The notes below the pieces were generated by a model. That model had not been told where the DNA came from, ran no database searches, and saw only the letters and a program-made list of their open reading frames with translations. Below, piece after piece: positions 37,051 to 48,522 of a stretch of 64,000 bases of DNA; within the stretch, counting starts at the first letter, position 1, and the number at the start of each line of letters is the position of its first letter. The stretch comes from Podarcis gaigeae. Taxonomy: Eukaryota. Location: the NCBI GenBank assembly GCA_964106915.2, contig OZ066926.1. The stretch is one strand, 5' to 3'. The translations under genes and the position numbers were made by a program.

Positions 37051-39195
37051 TCTGCAATGGCAAGTTTGAAGGTCAGTTAAGTGCCTTGACTAGTGATACA
37101 ATTTATTTTTTCAAGTCCATCAGGTGTTTATACAGGAGAACATTAATTATGTCCAGGAGGAAAACACTGTTGTCATGAATGCAAGGAGTAGGTGCACCTT
37201 ATACAAAAATCCTGAAGCAAAATGGGTTAAAAATATGTTTTAAGGTGCAAGAAATTCAAATCCGCTATTATTTCAGTGATTGCACATTTTGCTTGGCAAA
37301 CTTATGTTTGATGATGAAACACATAAACTGCTTTTAGAAAACCAAAGAATTTTATTTTACCTTCTGAAAATGTCAGCTAATGCTGAATAATAATAATAAT
37401 AAAACTGCAAGTACTTGACAATCTTTTTAATGAATTCTATTTTTTATTAATTTTACTAATTTTACTAATTTTATATTTTACTCAACAAGCAAAACTAAAT
37501 TATATCAATTTAATAAAAATACCATTTGAATTCCCAAGTCATGTTACAACCTTTTAGCACCCCTAATTTTTGGATTATGAAAGTTGAAAAATTCAGCATA
37601 CACGACTGCTGCATCATGTCCCTTTAAACCCCTTGAAGACAATTACTCCAATTGTCTTTACCTACATTTCTCAAAAGAACTTGCAGTCAAGAGGGTTGTG
37701 AAAAATCTTAATGAATGTATAAAGAAAAGCATTTTAATGAAAAGGAGCAACAGAATTGAAATGAAGTTGAAGTAAGTTAATTATTCTCATGGGGGGTGGG
37801 AGCAAATAATTTGGAATGAATACAGAATGCAGAAACTATTAGAGATTCTAGACAATAACATTGAAATTTCAAGGTTCCCAAGAGTGTTAGGAGACCATAT
37901 GTCTCTGATTTAAACTAAAACAAACTGATAATATGCTGGTTATTTCTAGTTATTCTGTAACATTTATTAAACTTTTTATCAACATCACTATAAAATTTTA
38001 TATTCAGGATGTTATTGTTGGTAGATATACATAGGTATGCAAGAACCTGCTGCTTTTAGATATTAACCGAGTAGATTTTAAATTATAGGCCCAACAATTA
38101 TATAATTGGAATAATCCAGCTTCCAATTGTTTCTATTACATTTGTTCCTTGATATTTGAAATCTAGAACTTTAATTATTGGATGGGGGTAGGAAATCTGT
38201 AGTGGATGGCATGAGTTTGTACCCATTCTCCTTTCCTTCACAGAGAGCTGTTGTTAATGACCAGCAATGAAGAAGGTTCACAGCCCCCCCCCCCCCCCGT
38301 TGTGGGAAATGTCCAGATTTGATCAATGTTGGTGTCAACATTTACATGCAAATTTTGTCAATTTCTATGAATGTCAAATAAAGTATTTAAATGCTCATAT
38401 ATATTACTATAAACATTTTAAAGCAAACTAGTATGAGTAACATTCACCAAATTTTGGATAGTAATTGTTAACATGTCAGAAACCTAGTGAATATTGACAT
38501 TTAACAATAATTCTCTGTGTTAAACCTCACAGCCATTGAATTCCTGTGGGAATGCCTGCCTGATTTACATCATTTACCAGATTACTGTTGCCTGGATGCA
38601 ATGTCTATTGCAAGCCTTCGGACATGAGTATTTCTTATATTTATTGGGAAACCAAGTGTATTCATTAAGATATTTCACTCCATCTCCTGAACTTATAGGA
38701 ATTGAAAAGAAACTGTGAAGAAATGAACTATTTCAACATTTTTACATGGTTTGTGGCTTTATTTAAGACCATTAAATAATGTTTCGGTACTCTGGATATT
38801 AAAAAATGCAGAAGAAAGCAATTACTGAAGTATGACAATGTCCACAAAAATGATAACTCAATCATAAATATTGGGCTTTCTGATGAGGTGTTATTGATCA
38901 CAGTTGGGACTAAAACTCCAATCTTCTCATTTTGCAAGAGCTAGGTCTCTGTCCGATGGTGCTAGTGACCCCAGAAGTGACAGCTGGCTTATACATGATG
39001 TGCTGCCATCAAAATGGTGCTCTGCTAGCAGCAGCTAAGGAAGCAGACACAAAAAATCTGATATTTATTATCCAAAGCATTTTTGCAGTTCCTTCTCCTC
39101 TAAGAAGTACTTGAGAAAGGATGATATTTGACAAGGCATAACAGAAAGGTTCTAAGTTAAGTTAAGAACTTGAGTGACAAAGAAGCAAGAGATGC

Positions 39196-40164
39196 CTAAT
39201 CGACTGTTTTCCTAAATATTGCACCAATTTTCTTCACTGCATCTTTTAGCACATCCTTGACCACTTTGTTTCTAAAGCTATAGATGAGTGGATTAAGGAA
39301 TGGAGTTATCACAGAGTTGAACACAGTGGCCACCTTATTAAAATTCATAGAAGAACTTCCAGGTGGCCTGACATAGATGAATATGGAGCTGCCATAATAG
39401 AGGGTGGCCACAGTGATATGGGAGCTGAATGTGCTGAAGGCTTTCCTCCTGCTTTGCGCTGAAGGCATCCTGATCACAGTGAAAATGATGCTTAGGTAGG
39501 AGACAGCTGTCACAGAGACGGAACTCAGGAGTGTGAAACAGGATGAGGAAAATTCTACGGTTTCAACCAGAGTGGTGTCTGCACAGACCAACTTTAACAA
39601 GGGGCCAGTATCACAGAAGAAATGATCAATGACATTGGGGCCACAATAAGGAAGGCCTGTCTTGAAAACGGCACTAATTGCAACACAAAAGAAACTTCCA
39701 AACCAGCAGAAAAGCATCATCAGCATGCAGACCTGGTTACTCATGATGGCCGTGTAGCGCAGTGGGTTGCAGATGGCCAAGTAGCGATCCACAGACATGA
39801 TTCCTAATAGGAGAACTTCTGTGGTCCCACAAAGGAAGTACAGTGTTAGCTGAACAGCACATCCAAAGAAGGAGATCGTTTTTTTCTTTGTGATGAGAAG
39901 GCTGAGCATCTTAGGTGTGACTGTGGTGGTGATGATCATCTCCAACCAGGCAAGGTTGCTGAGAAAATAGTACATAGGGGTATGGAGGCGGGCGTCGAGG
40001 CGGATTATGAGGATGATCAGACCATTGCCAATTACTGACAACACATATATGACCAGGAAGAGGCAGAACAGTGGAAGCTGCATCTTCTGCAGACTAGAGA
40101 AGCCAATCAGCACGAACTCTGTCACAACTGTTCCTGAGATATTTTCTTTTTCATTCAGGATCAT
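39196..40164 (-). CDS. Olfactory receptor, family 6-like (OR6-b), 322 aa
   Basis: Same OR motifs, close paralog of OR6-a; carries a KAFSTFSSH variant. Confidence 0.95.
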   Translation of the reverse strand: MILNEKENISGTVVTEFVLIGFSSLQKMQLPLFCLFLVIYVLSVIGNGLIILIIRLDARLHTPMYYFLSNLAWLEMIITTTVTPKMLSLLITKKKTISFFGCAVQLTLYFLCGTTEVLLLGIMSVDRYLAICNPLRYTAIMSNQVCMLMMLFCWFGSFFCVAISAVFKTGLPYCGPNVIDHFFCDTGPLLKLVCADTTLVETVEFSSSCFTLLSSVSVTAVSYLSIIFTVIRMPSAQSRRKAFSTFSSHITVATLYYGSSIFIYVRPPGSSSMNFNKVATVFNSVITPFLNPLIYSFRNKVVKDVLKDAVKKIGAIFRKTVD

Positions 40165-40822
40165 TGTGCCATCATTGAACTGTAACCAAAAGAGCCCGAC
40201 GAAAGAAACATCAATGTGGCATTACTACTATGCATTATAAAGTTGAGATTAAACCATTGAATATATTGAATGTGTCAATTTTAGCCTTCTGGTCTGATTT
40301 ATAATAATAGTCCTAGTGCTGCTTTAGCTAATTATATCCTTGTTGATGGGGAATTTTAAATTGTTTAAGTATTTTTGTTTTTGAAAATTGCCTGGAGAAA
40401 TATATTTATGGCGTGACTTAGGAATGGAGCAATATAATAAAAACAAACAAACAAACAAGTAGAAAGGAGAAAAAATGATTTAAATAATCTGAGCCAAAAA
40501 GCTGTGACTAAAATTGTTAAATAAATAAAACCTTTTAAGTAACATTCTAGTGTCAAAGTTCTGGATTATCTGAGGGAACATCTGAGGGAACATGCTGTCA
40601 TTGGTGGGAATCCCTTCCCTAGTCAAGACTAGCATGCAAGTGCCAAAACCAGAAAAAGGATTGTGATAGGCTTCTAAAGGGAGTCTCCACACTGGCTGAA
40701 TGGGCAACAAAATAGCAAATATGGTTCACTGTTAATAAGTGAGAGGTGATGCACAATGAGACAGAAAGCCCTGACTGCACACATGTACCCAATGGGGTTA
40801 TAGCAGACAATGACTGACCAAT

Positions 40823-41158
40823 AAAGATAAGGGTTAAGGACCCCTGGATGGTTAAGTCCAGTCAAAGGTGACTATGGAGTTGTGGCACTCATCTCGCTTT
40901 CAGGCCAAGGGAGCCGGCATTTGCCCATAGACAACTATCCAGGTCATGTAGTTAGCATGACTAAACTGCTTCTGCTGCAATGGAACACCTTGATGGAAAC
41001 CAGAGCACACGGAAATGCCACTTACCTTCCTACCTATTTATCTACTTGCACTGGCATGCTTTCGGACTGCTAGGTTGGCAGGAGCTAGGACAGAGCAATG
41101 GGAGCTCACTCCATCGCAGGGATTCAAACCGCCAATCTTCAGATTGGCAAGCCCAAGA
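40823..41158 (-). mobile_element. Sauria SINE, older and head-truncated
   Basis: Aligns with 7347-7665. Confidence 0.85.
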
Positions 41159-41299
41159 TAACTGGCATTCATCATGATAGCTCAATGGATATGTTGAATT
41201 AGTGAGCAGCAGCTGAGAAAAAGCTAAATCCCATATGAAGGATCAGTTAGGAAAGGGATTAAAAATAAACCCACCAATTTTGTAATGGTTCAAAAATAT

Positions 41300-41660
41300 T
41301 TATAGTGCAACCACACCATATTTGGAATACTGTATACAGTTCTGGTTGCCACACTTCGAAAAGTATATTGTAGAGTTCAGAAAGGGGTGAGGGGAAGCAA
41401 CCAAAAGGAACACAGCTGGAACAAATTCCCTTCAAGGAAAGGTTACACTGCTTGGCTTTTTGGTTGGGAAAAGGGGTAAAAAAGAAAATTCTTCTCCCTC
41501 CTCCATAATACTAGATCTTGAGGCCAACCAATGAATGGTGGGAGAAATGGGACAGCTAAAAAGCTTTCACACAGAAAATTGTTAGTAATCTATGGAAGTT
41601 TGCAACCACAAATTGGTCACCAATCTGGATGGCTTTAAGGTGGTTAGACAAACTTGATAA
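41300..41660 (+). mobile_element. CR1 LINE 3' fragment
   Basis: P.LEYCIQFWLPHFEK motif; TGGATGGCTTTAA..GGTTAGACAA. Confidence 0.65.
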
Positions 41661-43017
41661 ACCTCTACTGTATCCCTCCCTACTCTTTGCTATAAAAACA
41701 TAAGGTTATTGGCATTTAGTCATATGTTACTCCAGTTTGAAAAAGATGAACCCTACAAAACTAAAACATCTCACACAAGATAATATTCTTCACAGATGAT
41801 TGGAACAAAATGGTATTAAATTCATACCATGCAAATAGATACAATTAATGGATAACAATAATTTTTTTTTTTTGCTTGTACCTGATTTAAAGATGGAGAA
41901 AACGTTGATTCCCTCATTTGACAGCACTTATCTAGGTAGCCACTTTTGCGGGGGGTGGTGTTTGAAGAAAACAAAAAGAATGGTCTGAGCTTTAGGATAT
42001 TAAGCAGTTAATTAAATAGCAGGATTTTAACTCTGGGCTATCAGGCATCAGAAGATGTGATGTGGGAGTCAGTAGGAATGTTGGTATTCATTTGGAGGCT
42101 CCGTGGGAGCAGAAATCTTTGAAGATTATAAAACCAAGGGAAAAGAGAAAGCAACGGGGGAGAGAGAAATCTAAGTATTTCAGTCCTCATGTTCTCTTCT
42201 AGAGGGATAAACTTTCTCTGTAATTGTTATTTTGTGTGTGTGTGTATGTTGGGATGTCTGCAGTGTTTAGTATTATCTATTGAGCTTGGGGATATGCACA
42301 CTTGGGGCATTGCTCCTTGCAACATAAGAAAACACAAGAATTCCAAAATGGAAAGCTACATTGTCTCATCAGTATAATTTGGTTTTCACTGTGAAACAGG
42401 CATTCTCCTTATCCACACAATTTATGACTAATTAAATTAAAATAATAATAAAACTTTCCCAAGATGCATAAGTATATTCACAAAATCTTCGGAGGCTCAT
42501 TCTGTGAAATAATATCTGACTTCTTATGTTGTGTGACAAATGCTTCTTTTTTGGGGGGAGGGGGGAATTCAGCTCAGCACTACTAATTACCTTTGTAGTG
42601 CATATTGTCTTTTTGCTACCTTTTCACTTTCCTTATTTGGGGGGAGGGGAGCACATTTGCCTGCCCCAGCTAACTTCTTTAACAATTTGAATTAACTTCT
42701 GTTCCTTAAAATCACTGATACATTGCAAACTGAAGGGGGCACTGTGGGATTGCTAAGCAACTTAAGTTATTTGAGTTAAGAAATAGCTACTGTGGACAAT
42801 ATTCTGTGAGCTGTATGTTTTAAGTGTATGGCAATGTATATTTTGCAGTCAGTGGCTTTATTTTATGGTTCCACTCTTGTCTCTTATCTTGCGGTACAGT
42901 TCAAATGTCTGATACACATTTGTGTCTCCTGTACAAGGGGAAGCAGGTGAGCTTTTTCAAAAAGTTGAGTACTACTCATACACAGTACTCTTCATCAAGA
43001 GCAAAAGAATGGAATTG

Positions 43018-43390
43018 TGTTGCAAGTTCCAAGCCACAAGTTCCAAGCCACACGAGCCACAAAGTTCCCAGGAGAACAATAAAGCACACAGACACAAGGT
43101 ATTTTGGTTTATGGGTTCAAATAGGCCACAAATTTATTGGTTACAAATGTGAGCGGTTTGGCTTAGGCCAGCGATGGCGAGAAAGAGAGGGTGCCAGCTG
43201 TTTGTGCCACAGTTAAATGTGCCCGCGGCCACACCCACACAGAGTTCTGATTGGCTGGGGCTATCCAACAAGGGCAGAACTCCAGCAACAACAACCCAGG
43301 AAGCAAATGGACATCATAATAGCCAGTCTCTACCTGAAGAAAGATGGCTGCCTACATTGATATCTGTATCTATAACTCTTTGTTATGACA
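43018..43390 (-). mobile_element. LTR-like repeat (boundaries approximate)
   Basis: TGT...ACA ends; shares ACACAC.GACAC...AGGCCACAA.TTTATTG.TTACA with 60584-60645. Confidence 0.45.
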
Positions 43391-43729
43391 TGTGGTCCCT
43401 GGAAGCACTTTATATGACTTTTTTTACCCACATGACAGTCACATTACTAGCTGCTTTGAACATTTAAAAAGAAATAAGGCAGACTCTGCATCAGCTTTTA
43501 AATACATAAATATGCAAAACAGATTCATCTCCATATCTCTGTTGCAATCAGCACATGGGACCCAGAGGGACAAAATGTTTAAGCTCACTCCAAAATGTAG
43601 AGTGAACCAAAATTCTCTGCCATTGCCAATTCAGGCAAAACATGCATTGTAATATTTATTTGATTACATTTCTGACTAAATCAGAAGAAGCAATAATGAG
43701 GGTGAAAATTATTGTTATGAAAGTTATTG

Positions 43730-43981
43730 TTTGGACACTTGGGAGCAATTGTCAGAGTACCACAGTGCACATCCAATTAACCTCCTTTCTACATGAGGAT
43801 CTTTAAAAAGCCAGTTTAGAAAGGAGCTGCTACACAATATTCAGTCAAATCCGAAAAGCAGATGAAAGACTCTCGGATGACCCAAGGGATGCATGACTAG
43901 TCATAACCTAAAGCAGCTACCCCCCAAAAATGCCGTTTACCCACATTGAGAGCCAACTGCTCTTAAAGGGGCTAGGTAAGT
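43730..43981 (+). promoter_or_regulatory. Putative OR14-a promoter and non-coding first exon
   Basis: O/E-like GGACACTTGGGAG, homeodomain-like CCAATTAA, donor TAG|gtaagt at 43976; aligns with 51625-51875. Confidence 0.55.
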
Positions 43982-44749
43982 TTTATTTTAATTTTTTTAA
44001 AATGTAGATTTAATACTATCTACAGTGATAAAAGTCTGACATTTCCCCCCTCTTTATTCACTGGCACACCACCTACATTTCTCTCTTACACAACAACATT
44101 CCCTTTGAAATTTCCCATTCACTGAAGTCAATGTCGTTAGAGTGGAATAACACAAGCACTATGCATTAACTGGGGGGCGGGGGGCAGCAGTATGTCTGTG
44201 GGAAACATCAAAGTGAGACTTCCAAGATGTGGAAGTAACATGTAAGCATCTTTGTACACTTAACTGAGAAATCTGACCAAAAGAAAATAATGAAATTGCA
44301 AGCAATTAGGGAAAAAGTGGTCTTGCAACCAATTCAGCCTCCCACCATTATGAGTAGACACTGATATGATAAATTATTTGTTTGCATAAGCTGACTGCAC
44401 CAAAACACAAATCCAGAGCAGGCTAGCAGGAGGACCAGCAGGTCAGTTGGGGCTGATCCAAGGCATTTTTCAGGCTGAGGCAACATATAAGTCGGCACTC
44501 CCTGCCCCACTCAATTCCCTACTTAAAGACCAAGAACGAGGCAGCATCTTCTGCCACACCAAAGGCTAGTTTAGGGACACCAAAGGCTAGTTTATGCAGA
44601 TCACATGACACACACTTGGTTTATCCTCCAATAGTGTTTGCTCACTCTCCCAAGTAGCAGCTATTTTTCTTATTTTCAAGCAAGTCACCTCCTCACCATG
44701 GGACTAACATTATTTCTTAAATACTAAGGCAGCTAAATACTAATGGGGT

Positions 44750-45260
44750 GCACGAGGTGTTAGGGGAGTGGCAGTACCTCTGGTGGGGCATATGTCATGC
44801 TCCTTCTGGGGCAGTTTGTTGACCTTTGGTCCCCACCCTGCACTCAGCTCTCACCTGTGGCTCCTTGGAGCTGTCAGCATGTGACAGTGGCCACAAACTG
44901 GGAACAGCTTTGCCTGGCCAGCTAAATCAGCCAAGGGTAGCCAACGGGTCTCAAACCCTTGGTGAATTAAGGACTTCTCCTGCATGCAAAGATTTAGCAG
45001 ATCTCATTCTGGCTGATTGAGCAAACAAGACCAATGGTGGGTCCAGTGGTCGAGAAGGTGGTTTCTGCAGGTGCTGTAGAGAGAAGTGGGGCAGATGGGG
45101 CTTGTCAAACTGGGAAGGTAGCCCATTTAGGAGAAGGAAAACTCTGATCCTAAACCTCTGCTGCCTTGCAGGAATTCTTCAGGAGATGAAAAAGCTAAGA
45201 AGTAAACACTACAAAAATCTGGAGTGCAGTCCCTCCTACAATTGGATGGTGGCTTGTACG
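44750..45260 (+). mobile_element. Interspersed repeat, probably RTE-type 5' region
   Basis: GC-richer segment absent from the OR14-b paralogous intron; GGAGAAGGAAAACTCTGA motif recalled from RTE 5' regions (not verified). Confidence 0.35.
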
Positions 45261-46049
45261 CTATTAATAATTGTGTGTACAGTCGTATAGTGAGCCCCTG
45301 TACTAGTCTTCAGATATGTTATGGGGCTATGATACAATGGTACTGCATTCACCTGAGAGTTCTCCATCTTCTAATGGGACCTGACAGAATACTGAGTAGC
45401 AGTTCCTTGTTTATTGGGGGGGGGGGTGAAACCTGCTAACTGTGAAAAGGACCTGCTGTTTGGTGACCTTTCTGGGACAGGCAGAGGAACTGGGGCAAAT
45501 GTGTCAACACAGATTGTGGGAAGAATGGGAGGAAAGGCACCTATATCTGCATCACCAATGAAAATAGTTGATCCACCCTGCCTTCTCAGGCTGAATTGCT
45601 TCATATTTCCTTGCACGTCCATCCAAACACCCAAAAGGAAGGCTATATGTGTATATTGTGTGCAAATAATCTGGTAGTTTAATTGAGAACGCTGAATCAT
45701 TGGGACCTATAGCTTGGTGGTGAACTGCCTGCATGCTGACTTCTCTTTCTGATGTCCCTCTGAATGCATAGATGTCAGTAGAAGAGATTATGGATATAGT
45801 CAAACCTTGCCCTGAACACATTTGCAACAGATATAGAGGCTCAATGAATGGACAGGGATTCTCTCATGACAGTAAAGAAGGGTCAGACAACGTATCATCA
45901 TATGTCTTCATTACATATTTCAGCAAAGAAATATCAGCTTCATTTGATTATTACACAGAAGGAGTCCTGCTTAAATTAAACTGCTTACTCAGTATTTCTT
46001 CTTATCTTATTCTGGTACAGGTGATATGTGAATATGCCCAGTGAAAAAA

Positions 46050-46988
46050 ATGCACAATCTTACCTCCATATCTACATTTCTTCTGCTGGGATTCTCAGAC
46101 ATTCGAGAACTGCAGATCTTGCACTTCTTTGTATTCCTAGCATTGTACATTATAGCAATCACAGGGAATCTCCTCATTGTTGCTGCAATTGTCCTTGATC
46201 ACCAGCTTCACACACCCATGTACTTCTTTCTACTGAATTTGGCTATGCTGGACATTGGAACAATTTCCGTCATGGTACCCAAATCAATAGTTCTTTCCCT
46301 TCTAAACAGCAGGTTTATTTCTTATTTTGGATGTGTTGCTCAAGTTTTCTTTTTTATGTTATTTGGAACATCAGATGTTGCTCTCCTAACTATAATGGCA
46401 CATGATCGCTATGTTGCTATTTGCAACCCATTACAATATGAGTCAATAATGCACAAAGCAGCCTGTATTCGTATGGTAGTGATTGTGTGGACTATTTGTG
46501 TTTTATATTCTGTGTTACATACTGGGAGCACCTTTGCAAATACCTTCTGTTCTAATGCTGTTAATCAGTTCTTTTGTGAAATCCCACCACTACTGAAGCT
46601 CTCCTGCTCTAACTTCTATCTGGTTGAAGTTGGGCTTCTTGTGCTAAGCTCTGGTATAGCACTAGGTTGTTTTGTTTTCATCATCTTAACATACATGCAT
46701 ATCTTTTCTACAGTGTTAAAAATCCCCTCTGTTCATGGAAAGAAAAAAGCCCTCTCCACTTGCCTTCCTCACCTCACTGTTGTCTCTGTGTTTCTTATAA
46801 GTGGGGTGTTTGCCTATGCAAGGCCTCCTAGTGATTCTTCTTCTGATCTGGATATAGTTGTGTCTGTGATGTACACCATAATTCCTCCCACATTGAATCC
46901 ATTCATCTACAGCATGAGAAACAAAGAAATCAAGACTGCTTTGTGGAAACTTTTAAATTTTGGGAAATCTTCTAAAGTTTTCTCCTGA
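46050..46988 (+). CDS. Olfactory receptor, family 14-like (OR14-a), 312 aa
   Basis: MHNLT N-glycosylation site, LHTPMYFFL, MAHDRYVAICNPL, NQFFCEIP, KALSTCLPHL and PPTLNPFIYSMRN motifs. Confidence 0.95.
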   Translation: MHNLTSISTFLLLGFSDIRELQILHFFVFLALYIIAITGNLLIVAAIVLDHQLHTPMYFFLLNLAMLDIGTISVMVPKSIVLSLLNSRFISYFGCVAQVFFFMLFGTSDVALLTIMAHDRYVAICNPLQYESIMHKAACIRMVVIVWTICVLYSVLHTGSTFANTFCSNAVNQFFCEIPPLLKLSCSNFYLVEVGLLVLSSGIALGCFVFIILTYMHIFSTVLKIPSVHGKKKALSTCLPHLTVVSVFLISGVFAYARPPSDSSSDLDIVVSVMYTIIPPTLNPFIYSMRNKEIKTALWKLLNFGKSSKVFS

Positions 46989-47486
46989 GTTGTTCTGTGA
47001 AAATGGGATTCTGTGCTCTTCTTGTATGTGAATGGTTTCCTTTAAATAAAGCACCACACACATTTCAGTAACCAGCAAACAGTACTTCTATCACATACAT
47101 TACCCTCTGCCTCCTCTAGCTTACACTGAGTTTCTTTCATCTATCATTTTTCATATCCATAGTTCAGCTACATTCAACCTAATATCAGCTGAGTTCTAAT
47201 CTATGCAGAAATCAACATGGCATTCTAATATTGTCTGGACTTTATTGATTAGGTTCCTTTCCTAAACACTGGTGTAAGCCTCGTCCCTTGCTACTACCAA
47301 TAACAATGGATGAGAATTTCACATCAACTCTCATTTTAAACTGAATCTATCAAATTCACACTTTCAATATGCGAACTTGACCACAAATTCAGTTCTCTGA
47401 ATTTTCCTATGAAGTTTGCCCATAAGCCAATGTTTTAGAAAAATCCATATATTCAGGGAATTTATGTAAATAAATGGATATATTAT

Positions 47487-47874
47487 TTCTACTTAGTTGA
47501 AGTTGGATTCCTGGTACTAAGCTGGAGTATGGGACTAGGTTGTTTCATTTTCATCATCATAACATACATTCAGATTTTTTTCTACAGTGCTCAGAATCCC
47601 TTCAGTTCATGGTCAGAAAAAAGCCCTATCCACTTGCCTTCCCCACCTCACTGTTGTTTCTGTGGTTCTCTTCAGTGGAGTCTTTGCCTATGCAAGGCCT
47701 CCCAGTAATGCTTCTTCTTATACAGATATCTCTTTTGCTGTGATATATACCATCATTCCTCCCACATTGAATCCATTCATCTACAGTATGAGAAACAAGG
47801 AAATCAAGGCTGCTTTGTGGAAACTCTTAGATCTTGGACATTCCTTTAAAACATTTTCCAGAGTTATTATTTAA
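47487..47874 (+). pseudogene. OR14-like 3' fragment (TM5 to C-terminus), frameshifted
   Basis: FYLVEVGFLV...KALSTCLPHL...PPTLNPFIYSMRNKEIK; 5' part absent; extra T near 47580. Confidence 0.9.
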
Positions 47875-48024
47875 AAATAAGTTTGCATGCTTTTATGTGT
47901 GTGGATGCACTTTTAAACATAAGTGCTATGCACATTTCACTTTTCAGCAAACATTTTTATAAATGAATTTCTCTCTGTCCTCCTTCAGTGTCATTTGTTG
48001 CTTTCCTGTGCATCTTGAGTATTT

Positions 48025-48250
48025 TGACTACATTAGGAAGAACTTTCTGAACATTAGGAAGAATTTTCTGATGGTAAGAGCTGTTGGACAATGGAACCAA
48101 CTACCTCAGAAGGTGGTGGACTATTATTCATTGGAGGCCTTTAAATAGAGGTTGGATGGCTACCTGTCAGGGATTATTTACTTTTTATTCCTGCATTGTA
48201 ACGAGTTGGGCTATATGGCCATTGAGGTCCCTTCCAACTGTTCAATTCTA
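48025..48250 (+). mobile_element. CR1 LINE 3' end
   Basis: IRKNFLMVRAVGQWNQLPQKVV...SLEAFK*RLD; GGTCCCTTCCAACT..ATTCTA tail. Confidence 0.85.
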
Positions 48251-48522
48251 GGTATAATTCAATGCAACAATTCAAGCAAGAGGTAACCAGAACATGGATT
48301 GCTGTGAAAGACTATCTCTATACATAAATGGCAAGAGCTGAGTAATCAGTCAAAGCTGGCAGAATACATTCCATGACACCAAGTGACAATGGTGGATCAA
48401 AGATCTTCAAAGTTGTGCAGTTGCCCCTTTGGATGGGGGTATTGGACTGTAAAAAAAATGGTTGAACCTCATGGTTTGAAGCTTCATAATGATGACGAAG
48501 ATGGTTTTACTGTACTTTTATC

